DNA of 59,684 bases from Candidatus Omnitrophota bacterium. Its GTDB lineage: Bacteria > Omnitrophota > Gorgyraeia > Gygaellales > Profunditerraquicolaceae. Positions 29,293 to 38,869 of the stretch are shown here, one piece after another. The notes under the pieces are model-generated. The model ran no database searches. It saw only the letters and a list, made by a program, of their open reading frames with translations, and had not been told where the DNA came from. How positions within the stretch are numbered: the first letter of the stretch is position 1; every line of letters begins with the position of its first letter. The position numbers and the translations under genes were made by a program. The stretch covers positions 1-59,684 of the forward strand of contig JAQUMX010000007.1 of NCBI GenBank assembly GCA_028717885.1, written 5' to 3'.

Positions 29293-30164
29293 ATTTTCAC
29301 TTCCGGTTGCAGATCTATCTTAAATTTCTTCTTTACTTCTTTTTTTGCCAAAGCCATCAGCCTTAAGACATCCGCGGCTTTCGCATGGCTTTGATTCAGG
29401 ATAAAGTTTGCGTGTTTCGAAGAAATACGGGCTCCGCCGCTCTGCCTGCCTTTTAACCCGCAGGCATCGATTAATTTTCCGGCGGAAGAGCCTTGCGGGT
29501 TCTTAAAAACACAGCCGCAAGACGGCTTGCCTAAATCCTGGGTAGAAACTTTTTGTTCGCGAAACTTTGCGAGCTTACGCGCAATTTCTACGCGGCTGGA
29601 TTTTTTAAGTTTAAAAATTGCATTCAAAATAATATATTTTTCCAGGCCGCTTGAGCGGTAGGTAAAATTTAAATTCTTGCCTTCTAAAACTACCCTTTTG
29701 CCATTATAATCCAAGAGGTTTATTTTTTCAACATAATCTACGATTGAATCTCCCCATGCCCCGGCATTCATAAAAAGCGCGCCCCCTACTGTCCCGGGGA
29801 TACCGCTTAAGAATTCCAGGCCCGACAATCCATGGGCTTTGGCCGCATTCACCAAACTAGCCAATGCCGCCCCTGCTCCGGCATGCAGGTACCTATCCTG
29901 AAGGGTAATTTTTTTAAAATCCGGGGAATTTAAACGAATTACCGCCGCCTTGATACCTTTATCCCCGGCTAAAATATTGCTTCCCGCACCAATGAGCAAA
30001 ACGGGGATTTTTCTCGCTTTAAAAAATACCAATGCGGATTCCAACCCTTGCATATCATAAGGCTCGAAAAATATTTTTGCTGCTCCGCCAATCTTATAAG
30101 TAGTATGGCGCTTTAGCGGTTCAGCGAGCTTAACATTTCCCTTTAAGCGCTTCTGCCAGTTCAT
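29283..30164 (-). CDS. murB: UDP-N-acetylenolpyruvoylglucosamine reductase
   Basis: GAGSNIL, IPGTVGGA..MNAGA, GCVFKNP, HANF. Confidence 0.97.
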   Translation of the reverse strand: MNWQKRLKGNVKLAEPLKRHTTYKIGGAAKIFFEPYDMQGLESALVFFKARKIPVLLIGAGSNILAGDKGIKAAVIRLNSPDFKKITLQDRYLHAGAGAALASLVNAAKAHGLSGLEFLSGIPGTVGGALFMNAGAWGDSIVDYVEKINLLDYNGKRVVLEGKNLNFTYRSSGLEKYIILNAIFKLKKSSRVEIARKLAKFREQKVSTQDLGKPSCGCVFKNPQGSSAGKLIDACGLKGRQSGGARISSKHANFILNQSHAKAADVLRLMALAKKEVKKKFKIDLQPEVKIWQ

Positions 30165-31509
30165 CGTTAATCTTAGTAATATCTCCGGCGCCTAAAGTAA
30201 TTACCAGGTCACCGGGTTTAATCTCGGTTAAGATATGGCGCACGATCTCTTCTTTCTTCAAACAGTCTACTGCCTTATCCGGCGCATAATCTTTAATTTT
30301 TTGACAGAGTAAACCACTGCTGATTCCGGCTAAGGCTGGCTCTCCAGCAGGGTAAATTTCCGTGAGCACCAATTTATCTACAAAATCGAAACTCCTGGCA
30401 AAGTCATCCGCCAAGATTTGCGTGCGGCTGTAACGGTGCGGCTGAAAAACCGCAATTAGCCGGTTGTATTTTAAATTTTGTACGGCAGCTAATGTCGCTT
30501 TAATCTCGGTAGGATGATGCGCATAATCATCGATCAAAAGGTAATTATCGTTTTTAAACTTTACCTCCAGCCTGCGCTTTGCCCCCTGATAATCAGCAAG
30601 TACTTTTTGCATGACCTTCAAATCGATTTTTAATTCCATTCCCAAAGCAATCACTGCCAGGGCGTTTGAAATATTATGCCTGCCGCCTAATGACAAAGAA
30701 AAACGAGAAACAAATTTCCCTCGATAGAAACAATCGAATTCGGAACTTAAGCCTTTTACGGCGATGTTTTCCGGATAAATATCGGCATTCCGGCTTAACC
30801 CGAAAAAGACATGCCTATTATTATAATCTTTCATGATTTTCTGCAAATGCAGGTCATCCGCGCAGGCAAAAACACAGCCATCCGGCTGACCACACTCCAG
30901 GAATTGCCGGTACGCAAGCAAAGCATTATCGAAATTCTTGTAGTAATCCAGGTGTTCGCGGTCAATATTGGTGATAATGGAATATTTAGGCTGATAATAA
31001 AGGAATGAGCCGTCGGATTCATCGGCTTCCGCCACGAAAAATTTCCCTTCCCCTAAGCAAGCGTTGGAATTGATATTCTTAAGGATCCCCCCTACCGCGG
31101 CAGTCGGAGACAGGCCTGCTTCCAGTAAAAGCAGTGCCGATAAAGAAGTTGTGGTAGTTTTACCATGGCTGCCGGTGACTGCAATCACTGTTTTCTCCCG
31201 CATCAGCTCTGCCAGCGCCTGAGCCCTTTTAATAATCGGCAGGCCCTTTTTTTTTGCCTCGATAATCTCCGGATTATCTTCTTTTACCGCAGAAGAATAA
31301 ATCACCACATCCGTTTCCTGAATATTGCTAGCCGCATGCCCGAGAAAAATCTGCGCCCCGAGCGCCTTTAAGTCGCGGACGATTTTGCTTTCCTTCAAGT
31401 CGGAACCGCTAACAGTTTTACCGCAGGATAAAAGCAACTGTGCTATCCCGCTCATGCCGATCCCGCCGATACCGATCAAATGATAGTGAATCGAATTTTT
31501 AGTTTTCAT
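30130..31509 (-). CDS. murC: UDP-N-acetylmuramate--L-alanine ligase
   Basis: GIGGIGMS, GSHGKTTT, EADESD, DDYAHHP, FQPHRYSR. Confidence 0.97.
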   Translation of the reverse strand: MKTKNSIHYHLIGIGGIGMSGIAQLLLSCGKTVSGSDLKESKIVRDLKALGAQIFLGHAASNIQETDVVIYSSAVKEDNPEIIEAKKKGLPIIKRAQALAELMREKTVIAVTGSHGKTTTTSLSALLLLEAGLSPTAAVGGILKNINSNACLGEGKFFVAEADESDGSFLYYQPKYSIITNIDREHLDYYKNFDNALLAYRQFLECGQPDGCVFACADDLHLQKIMKDYNNRHVFFGLSRNADIYPENIAVKGLSSEFDCFYRGKFVSRFSLSLGGRHNISNALAVIALGMELKIDLKVMQKVLADYQGAKRRLEVKFKNDNYLLIDDYAHHPTEIKATLAAVQNLKYNRLIAVFQPHRYSRTQILADDFARSFDFVDKLVLTEIYPAGEPALAGISSGLLCQKIKDYAPDKAVDCLKKEEIVRHILTEIKPGDLVITLGAGDITKINDELAEALKGKC

Positions 31510-32596
31510 AAGCTGCCAAAGAGATTACTTCTTCTGCCAATAATTCATTCCCATGGTTCATTGTTTTCCCCTCATAGCTGCGGCGCATTTCAGCTAATCT
31601 TTCCGGAGAACTCAACAAAGCTTCCATGGTATTCTTTAAAACTCCCGAATCAAGTTTACTCTCCTCAATAATGATTGCCAAGTTATCTTTCTCCAATACC
31701 CGGGCATTTTTCAATTGATGCTGGTAGGCGTAAGGATAAGGAATAATAATCCCCGGAAGCTTAAAAAAGATAAGCTCTGAAATACTAACCGCCCCTGCAC
31801 GGCTAACCGCTAAATCTGCCGCGCTATAAGCATAACGCATTTCTTCCAGAAAAGCAAAAACCCGGGCGAGAATTCCCGCTTTTTTATATTCTTCTTCCAA
31901 GCGAGAGAAATCTTTTTTGCCTGCCAGATGGATCACCTGAAGGTTATTTTTTTGCGGAATATCAATAACAGCCTTCAGGAATGCAGCATTGATCCTTTCG
32001 CTGGCTTGGCTGCCGCCCATTATCAGGATTGTCAATTTATCGCGGCTAAAACCAAAAAACCTCAGGGCCTCTTCTTTTTCTACGCGAAAAATCTCTTTAC
32101 GCAAAGGATTGCCGGTTAAAACTATCCGCTTTGGGCTGATTTTAAGGTAATCTCTTGTCTGCGGAAAAGAAATCGCGGTCTTGTCCGCAAAATACGCCAG
32201 GAGCCTGTTTGCCCGGCCCGGAACGACATTCTGCTCATGAATGACAGTGCTGATGCGCATTAACCAAGCTAAGCTCACGGCCGGCAGGCTTGTGAGGCTA
32301 CCGAACCCCACTACCACATCGGGATTAAAGCGCAGGAGTATTTTAGCGCAAAGCACACTTGCCCGAAGAAAATGCGCCAGCTTCGCAAAATTTTCCAGGC
32401 TCAATTTTTTACTCGGCGAGGAAACTCCCAGGTATTGCACTTGATACCCTGAATTCTCCAAATGCAACTCGAGATTCTTTTTGGGCAAAAGCAAAAATAC
32501 TTCCAGGGCCTTTGATTTTTCTTTTAACGTATCCAAAAAGCCTAAAGCGGGAAAAATATGCCCGCCGCTGGAACCTGTAACTACCAAAACTTTCAT
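31499..32596 (-). CDS. murG: Lipid II GlcNAc transferase
   Basis: GGHIFP, HEQN, GNPLR, GGSQ, SRAGA, HQ..NA. Confidence 0.95.
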   Translation of the reverse strand: MKVLVVTGSSGGHIFPALGFLDTLKEKSKALEVFLLLPKKNLELHLENSGYQVQYLGVSSPSKKLSLENFAKLAHFLRASVLCAKILLRFNPDVVVGFGSLTSLPAVSLAWLMRISTVIHEQNVVPGRANRLLAYFADKTAISFPQTRDYLKISPKRIVLTGNPLRKEIFRVEKEEALRFFGFSRDKLTILIMGGSQASERINAAFLKAVIDIPQKNNLQVIHLAGKKDFSRLEEEYKKAGILARVFAFLEEMRYAYSAADLAVSRAGAVSISELIFFKLPGIIIPYPYAYQHQLKNARVLEKDNLAIIIEESKLDSGVLKNTMEALLSSPERLAEMRRSYEGKTMNHGNELLAEEVISLAAYEN

Positions 32597-33690
32597 GGGT
32601 ATTCTCCGGTGCGCGCAATATTTAAAAGTATCCCCACGCTTACCATATCAAAAATAAACGATGAGCCTCCGTAGCTGATAAAAGGAAGCGGCAAGCCTTT
32701 GGTCGGAAGCACTCCGCAGGAAACTCCGATATTTACCATTGCCTTGAAGGTAATCATCAAGACTAGCCCTAAACTTAAAAAGTAACTGAATTTATTCGGC
32801 GCATGCTTGATAATTTTCAGGCACTGTTGAATAAACATAATGAATAATATTATTACCCCTATTGTCCCTAACAGCCCTAACTCTTCGGCAATAATCGAAA
32901 AAATGAAATCTGTGTGTGCGGCAGGAAGATAAAATAATTTCTGTTTGGAATGCCCCAGGCCTACGCCAAAAACCCCTCCGGAACCGATAGCAATCTGCGA
33001 CTGAATAATCTGAAAACCGCTTCCCTTCGGGTCTGCCCAGGGGTTTAAAAATGACAAGATACGCGACCTGCGGTAAGCAACGTGAAAAATCAACAGATAA
33101 AGCACCGGTAATGCCAACAAAACCAGCGATAATAAATAATGGAACCTGGTACCGGCAATGTAAAGCATCACCAAGACCACCATCGCTATTGACAATGTTG
33201 TCCCCAAATCCGGCTCAGCCAAAATCAATAAGGAAACCAGGCCTAATACCGCTAAAGGCGGTAAAAACCCCTTCCAAAAATTTTTGATTAATTTTCCCTT
33301 ACGGCTTAAGAAATCCGCGGTATAGATAATTACCGCCAGGCACGCTAAACCCGAAGGCTGAAAACTTAAAAACTTGAACCTAAACCATCTTCTGGCGCCG
33401 GAAACTTCGCGGCCGATACCGGGGATCAAAACCAGGAGCAACAAAATAATCGAAACGATCAAAAACGGCTTAGCATAGTGCGCTAATTTTTTATAATCAT
33501 AATTCATTACCCAGTAAGTAAGCAGGATCCCGATTAGAAAAAAGATAAAATGCCTTTTTAAGAAAAACGCACCGTCCTTATACCTTTCCCAGGCATAAAT
33601 ATTGGAGGCGCTATAAATCATCACTACACCCAGGCAAACAAGGATAAGGGTGATTGCAAACAAATTAATCCTGATATCGCGTAAGACCAT
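32593..33690 (-). CDS. ftsW: SEDS protein FtsW
   Basis: GARRW, EPDLG, LPAAHTDFIF, LPFISYGGSS; in dcw cluster. Confidence 0.96.
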   Translation of the reverse strand: MVLRDIRINLFAITLILVCLGVVMIYSASNIYAWERYKDGAFFLKRHFIFFLIGILLTYWVMNYDYKKLAHYAKPFLIVSIILLLLVLIPGIGREVSGARRWFRFKFLSFQPSGLACLAVIIYTADFLSRKGKLIKNFWKGFLPPLAVLGLVSLLILAEPDLGTTLSIAMVVLVMLYIAGTRFHYLLSLVLLALPVLYLLIFHVAYRRSRILSFLNPWADPKGSGFQIIQSQIAIGSGGVFGVGLGHSKQKLFYLPAAHTDFIFSIIAEELGLLGTIGVIILFIMFIQQCLKIIKHAPNKFSYFLSLGLVLMITFKAMVNIGVSCGVLPTKGLPLPFISYGGSSFIFDMVSVGILLNIARTGEYP

Positions 33691-34959
33691 TTATTCTTTT
33701 TTCGCCTTTAGTTCTAAAACCGCTTTTTTAAATGCCCTGCCTCTGGCTTCATAGTCGCTGAACATATCGAAGCTTGAACACATCGGAGACAATAATACCG
33801 AATCCCCCGGTTTTGCTTTATTAAATGCCAGGCCGATTGCCCCGTCCAGGGAACCGGCTTCGCTGATTAACAAGGCCCCTTTAAGCGCTGCCTTAATTTT
33901 TTCTTTTGCTTCGCCGATCAGGATGACTTCCCTGACCTTGTTTCTTGCCGAATCCAAAACCACTTTGTAATCTAAGCCCTTATCTTTTCCGCCGGCAATT
34001 AAAACCACCTGCCCGGCAATACTCTCCAATGCCCAAACCGCAGAATCAACAGTAGTAGCCTTGGAATCATTGATAAATTTTATTCCGCTGATTTCAGCTA
34101 CATATTCCATGCGGTGCTCCACACCGTTAAATTGCTTAAAGACCTTCAGGCAAGTTTCTTTTGTGACGCCTAAGATCACCCCCACTGCTACAACTGCTGC
34201 CTGATTTGGGTTAAGACCTTCAGTTTTAGAAAAATAAACAATATTCCCCCTGGCTTCTTGAGCGAGGGCTTGCGACACCGGGCAGTCGGAGTTGAGAATA
34301 AGGTAATCGTTTTTATCCTGGTTAAGGTAGATGCGTTTTTTCGCCTCCAGGTATTCCTGCATATCCTTGTACCTATCCAGGTGATTCCTGCTGAAATTTA
34401 GAATCAGGGAGATTTTTGGCTTAAAATCTCTGATATTTTCTAACTGGAAAGAACTCACCTCCAGGGAAACAAAATCCCCTTCTTTAATTTTACTGACCTC
34501 TCCGCTAAAAGGATTGCCGATATTTCCGCAGGTAAAAACTTTTTTTCCCGCTGCCTCTAAAATCTTCCCGACTAAAGTAGTAACTGTGGTTTTTCCGTTA
34601 GAGCCGGTAACGGCAATAATCGTACCGGGGCAGAGCATACTGGCAACCTCAATTTCGCTAACTACCGCAATATTCAGCTCCCGGGAAAAAATCATGGCCT
34701 CACTGGCCGGGGGCACGCCGGGAGAAACAACCACCAGGTCTCTTCCTTCGATAAAAGCGCGGCTATGTTTACCCAGCTCAATTTTAATTTCTTCGGAGAT
34801 TAGTTTAGCGCAATTGCGGCGGGTTACCTCATTGTCTTGGGCGTCGGTTACGCTGACCTTTGCCCCTAAATTATACAGCAGGTTGGCACACTCAATGCCA
34901 GACCGCGCCAGGCCGATGATAGTAATCTTTTTATTCTTGAAATATTCGGTATTACGCAT
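33691..34959 (-). CDS. murD: UDP-MurNAc-L-Ala--D-Glu ligase
   Basis: GSNGKTT, EVSSFQL, HLDRY, NDSKAT, LSPMCSSFD. Confidence 0.97.
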   Translation of the reverse strand: MRNTEYFKNKKITIIGLARSGIECANLLYNLGAKVSVTDAQDNEVTRRNCAKLISEEIKIELGKHSRAFIEGRDLVVVSPGVPPASEAMIFSRELNIAVVSEIEVASMLCPGTIIAVTGSNGKTTVTTLVGKILEAAGKKVFTCGNIGNPFSGEVSKIKEGDFVSLEVSSFQLENIRDFKPKISLILNFSRNHLDRYKDMQEYLEAKKRIYLNQDKNDYLILNSDCPVSQALAQEARGNIVYFSKTEGLNPNQAAVVAVGVILGVTKETCLKVFKQFNGVEHRMEYVAEISGIKFINDSKATTVDSAVWALESIAGQVVLIAGGKDKGLDYKVVLDSARNKVREVILIGEAKEKIKAALKGALLISEAGSLDGAIGLAFNKAKPGDSVLLSPMCSSFDMFSDYEARGRAFKKAVLELKAKKE

Positions 34960-34964
34960 GGAGC

Positions 34965-36053
34965 TTATCTAATCTTTAGTGTAACTATCGTCAACAACGC
35001 AAGGAGCGCTGCTACAATCCAGAACCTGACAATCACTTTATTTTCTTTCCAGCCTAAAAACTGAAAATGATGGTGCAAAGGAGCAATTTTAAAGATGCGT
35101 TTTTTTCGTAAGCGGAATGAACCCACCTGTAAAATTACCGAAAGCGCCTCTAAAACGAAAATCCCTCCCACAATAACCAGGAGCATTTCTTTCTTGATAA
35201 AGAGTGCCACTGCCCCCAATGCCCCGCCTAAAGCCAATGACCCCACATCCCCCATAAAAATCGTCGCCGGATGGCAATTAAACCACAAAAAGCCCAAACC
35301 CGCTCCGAGGATAGCTGAGCAAAATACGGTGAGCTCTCCGCTGCCCCTTATATAAGGTATAAGCAGGTAGTCGCTAAATTTTACGTTTCCCGAAACATAA
35401 CTTAAAATACTAAAAGCCACGGCAGCCATAATTACGCAGCCGATAGCCAAGCCATCCAAACCGTCAGTCAAATTTACCGCATTGGAGGTCCCGGTAATTA
35501 CCAGGATCACAAAAATAATATAACAAACCCCGAGTTCGATAGAAACATCTTTTAAGAAAGGAATATCCAGCCTGGTATTATAAGAAGGATGCAGAAAAAG
35601 TATCGTCCCGAGGATTAACCCCAAGATAATCTGGCTGGTAAATTTTGCCGTGGCAGTCAAGCCTTTGGAACGCTTTTTGATCTGTTTCAGGTAATCATCC
35701 ATAAAACCGGTTAAGCCCAGCCAAATAGTCACGAATGCGCTCATCAGGATAAAACGATTGGTCAAGTCAGCCCAGAGCAAGGTTGCGAATAACACCGCAC
35801 CCAAAATTAATATCCCGCCCATAGTCGGAGTATCCTGTTTTTCACGGTGCAATTCATGCAACTTGACGCTATCCTCTTTACGGATGTTCTCTCCGATTTT
35901 CAATTCCTGAAGCTTTCTGATGAGGACCGGCCCAAAAATCAAGCTAATGACGAATGCGGTTAAAGCAGCCATTGCCGCGCGAAAGGTAATGTAGCGGAAA
36001 ATATTTAAGGTAGAAAATGTTTCGTGTAAAGGATAAAGCAGGTTGTATAACAT
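34965..36053 (-). CDS. mraY: Phospho-MurNAc-pentapeptide transferase
   Basis: TPTMGG, DDYLK, NAVNLTDGLDGL, FMGD.GS, APLHHH. Confidence 0.98.
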   Translation of the reverse strand: MLYNLLYPLHETFSTLNIFRYITFRAAMAALTAFVISLIFGPVLIRKLQELKIGENIRKEDSVKLHELHREKQDTPTMGGILILGAVLFATLLWADLTNRFILMSAFVTIWLGLTGFMDDYLKQIKKRSKGLTATAKFTSQIILGLILGTILFLHPSYNTRLDIPFLKDVSIELGVCYIIFVILVITGTSNAVNLTDGLDGLAIGCVIMAAVAFSILSYVSGNVKFSDYLLIPYIRGSGELTVFCSAILGAGLGFLWFNCHPATIFMGDVGSLALGGALGAVALFIKKEMLLVIVGGIFVLEALSVILQVGSFRLRKKRIFKIAPLHHHFQFLGWKENKVIVRFWIVAALLALLTIVTLKIR

Positions 36054-36059
36054 ATGGTA

Positions 36060-37427
36060 TTAAATTTCCTTTAATACTTCTTCCATGCGCATCGAACGAG
36101 AGCCCTTGATTAAAACTACGTCTTCCCTGTTCGGGGAGAGCTTCTTAAAAAGGAATTCCCGCGCTTCTGCGCAAGAGCCGCAAGAAAAAATAAAACTGTC
36201 AGCCAGGCCGGAATCGCGCGCAGACGAAGCAGCCAGATGCGACAACTTCCCCACTGCAATAAAAGCGTCGCAAGCCTTGGCGATTTTTTCGCCGAAATTA
36301 CGGTGTAGGGAACTTTCTTCTTCGCCTAATTCCAGCATGTCGCCCATCACAAAAATTTTCCTCCCCTTAACCTTTAAATCCGCCAAGGTGTCCAGCGCCT
36401 GGCCTAAAGAGAGCGGGTTGGAATTATAGGAATCGTCGATAAAACGCACCCCCTTAAAGCTTAAAGGGTTTAACCTGCTTTTCGGCAAAGAAAATTTAGA
36501 AAGCTGCCTTGCAATCTGCTTGTAACTTAAGCCAAAAATACGCGCCACACCGATTGCCGCTAAGGCATTATAAATATTGTGCTTGCCTAAGGCCTTAAGC
36601 AGAATTTCATCTTTTTTATTGACGCGAAAACGCATGCCCTTGGAACTAAGGCTGCCCTGGCCGGCAAAAAAATCGGCATTTTTTTTAAGGCCGAAGGACA
36701 AGGTAAAATTTTTCTTGGAGCGCGCCAACAACTTACTTAAATAAGCGTCATCGGCATTAAGCACGGCTATCGCCGGATGCTCTAGATATTTCAACAAAGA
36801 AATTTTTTCCCTGAAGACGCCTTCTAAATTTCCGAAATATTTCAGGTGTGATTGGCCGATATTCGTAATGATGGCGATATTGGCACGGCAAACTTTTGCC
36901 AGGTATTCCACTTCCCCAAAATGGTTGGTGCCGATTTCTAAAACCGCAATATCATGTTTGGCATTTAGCTCCAATAAAGTCAAGGGCAAACCTATGTGAT
37001 TGTTAAAGGTGCCGGAGTTTTTCAAGACATTAAAACTCGCGGAGAGGACGCTAGCGACCATTTCCTTAGTCGTAGTCTTCCCGTTCGATCCGGTAATTGC
37101 AATTACCGGGATATCAAATTTTCTCCGGTGCAAGCCGGCAATTTCTCCTAATGCCTTCACCGTATCCTCGACTTCGATAATAGCAATCTTTTTATCTATG
37201 GGTAACGTGTACCGTGTACCGTGTACCGCGATGATACAGGATGCACCTTTCTTAACCGCATCAGCGATAAAATCATGGCCATCGAACTTTTCGCCTTTAA
37301 TGGCGATAAAAATTCCGCCTCTTTTTACTTTCCGGGAATCAATGGAAACACCCTTAAGAAGAAGGCCGTTTCTTCCGGAGACTAACCGCCCATTAGTTGC
37401 CTTGACTAATTCATTGCATTTAAACAT
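36060..37427 (-). CDS. murF: UDP-MurNAc-tripeptide--D-Ala-D-Ala ligase
   Basis: ITGSNGKTTTK, NNHIGLP, DDSYNSNP, GDMLELG, KGSR. Confidence 0.96.
   Translation of the reverse strand: MFKCNELVKATNGRLVSGRNGLLLKGVSIDSRKVKRGGIFIAIKGEKFDGHDFIADAVKKGASCIIAVHGTRYTLPIDKKIAIIEVEDTVKALGEIAGLHRRKFDIPVIAITGSNGKTTTKEMVASVLSASFNVLKNSGTFNNHIGLPLTLLELNAKHDIAVLEIGTNHFGEVEYLAKVCRANIAIITNIGQSHLKYFGNLEGVFREKISLLKYLEHPAIAVLNADDAYLSKLLARSKKNFTLSFGLKKNADFFAGQGSLSSKGMRFRVNKKDEILLKALGKHNIYNALAAIGVARIFGLSYKQIARQLSKFSLPKSRLNPLSFKGVRFIDDSYNSNPLSLGQALDTLADLKVKGRKIFVMGDMLELGEEESSLHRNFGEKIAKACDAFIAVGKLSHLAASSARDSGLADSFIFSCGSCAEAREFLFKKLSPNREDVVLIKGSRSMRMEEVLKEI
37206..37226. repeat. Perfect heptamer repeat (CGTGTAC)x3 in frame inside murF
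   Basis: 21 bp; encodes VHGTRYT. Confidence 0.85.
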
Positions 37428-38869
37428 TGCTCTGCAACCTCCCGGTCGTCAAAATGAATCGTCTGAGCCTTAAAAACCTGGTAATTCTCGTGCCCCTTGC
37501 CGGCAATCAAAACGATATCCCCTGCCTTAGCCAACTGCAGGGCCTTTTTGATTGCCTGGCCTCTTTCCGGAACAATGGAATAATTGTCTTTTACGATTCC
37601 CGCTTCTATCTCTTTGATAATCTGATTGGGGTCTTCGCAACGCGGATTATCACTTGTAATAATAGCGTAATCTGAGAGTTCTGTCACTACTTTTCCCATT
37701 TTCGGCCTTTTTGTTTTATCGCGGTCCCCTCCGCAGCCAAAAACTACGATCAGCTTTCCGGAAGCAACCTGCCGCAGGCTTGAGATGACATTTTTTAAAG
37801 CATCGTCAGTATGGGCATAATCAACATATACCGCAAAATCCTTTTTGCAATTAACCCTCTCCAACCTGCCCGGCACCGCAGAAAAATTTTCGATTACCGG
37901 CTTAAAATCTTTAAGTTTTAGGCCCTGCCTGTCTGCCCAGGCAAGGCTGGCCAGGATATTTAAAACATTGTGTTTTCCGATAAGCGGTGTTTTTAATTTA
38001 TATTTGCCTCCGGGAAAGATAAATTCAAACTCCGTTCCGCTTACATTAAGTTTTAAATCCGTAGCCATATAGTCGGATTCATTCTCTATCCCGTAAGTAA
38101 CTATTTTTCCGCCGGCTTCTGCCTTTAACCTTTTGCCGAAAGCGTCGTCATTATTGATAATTTTCAATATATCAGGATGCGCATTTTGAAAAAGTTTACG
38201 CTTGGCCTGGAAGTATTCCTCCATGGAAAGATGATAATCCAAATGGTCCTGAGTCAAGTTAGTAAAGATTGCGGATTGAAAATCTATCCCCTCAGTCCGG
38301 CCTTGCGACAAGGCATGCGAAGAAACTTCCATCACTACGTAATCAACGCCTGCCTTATGCATTTCGGAAAACAATTCCTGTAGCTCCAATGGGCCAGGCG
38401 TAGTATTTTTTGCGGGGAGCTCTTGATCTTTAAAACGATAACTTACCGTACCGATTACTCCCGGATGGAAATTGGCAGACTTTAAAATCGCTTCGATCAA
38501 GTAAGAAATCGTGGTTTTGCCGTTAGTGCCGGTAATCCCGATAAACTTCATTTCTTTGGCAGGATAACCGTAAAATACGGCAGCTAACCTTGCCAGCGCC
38601 TTGCGCGTATCAGCTACTTTAATGAAAATAATTTTCTCGGTAATCGGTTCTTGGTACGCGGCACCTTCTAGTATTACTGCCTTAGCCCCCTTATTAATCG
38701 CTTCTGCGATGTATTTATTCCCGTCCTCTTTTGCGCCTCTCACCGCCACAAAAATATCCCCCGGTTTAACGGATTGGGAATTACAACTGATTCCCGTAAT
38801 CTCAAAATCCTGCGCTAAAGCCGTGCCGGAGAAATCATCCAAAACCTTAATCAGAGATTTGATCTTCAT
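37406..38869 (-). CDS. murE: UDP-MurNAc-dipeptide--diaminopimelate ligase
   Basis: ITGTNGKTT, EVSSH, DHLDYH, DYAHT, DNPR (meso-DAP specificity motif), AGKGHE. Confidence 0.97.
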   Translation of the reverse strand: MKIKSLIKVLDDFSGTALAQDFEITGISCNSQSVKPGDIFVAVRGAKEDGNKYIAEAINKGAKAVILEGAAYQEPITEKIIFIKVADTRKALARLAAVFYGYPAKEMKFIGITGTNGKTTISYLIEAILKSANFHPGVIGTVSYRFKDQELPAKNTTPGPLELQELFSEMHKAGVDYVVMEVSSHALSQGRTEGIDFQSAIFTNLTQDHLDYHLSMEEYFQAKRKLFQNAHPDILKIINNDDAFGKRLKAEAGGKIVTYGIENESDYMATDLKLNVSGTEFEFIFPGGKYKLKTPLIGKHNVLNILASLAWADRQGLKLKDFKPVIENFSAVPGRLERVNCKKDFAVYVDYAHTDDALKNVISSLRQVASGKLIVVFGCGGDRDKTKRPKMGKVVTELSDYAIITSDNPRCEDPNQIIKEIEAGIVKDNYSIVPERGQAIKKALQLAKAGDIVLIAGKGHENYQVFKAQTIHFDDREVAEQCLNAMN

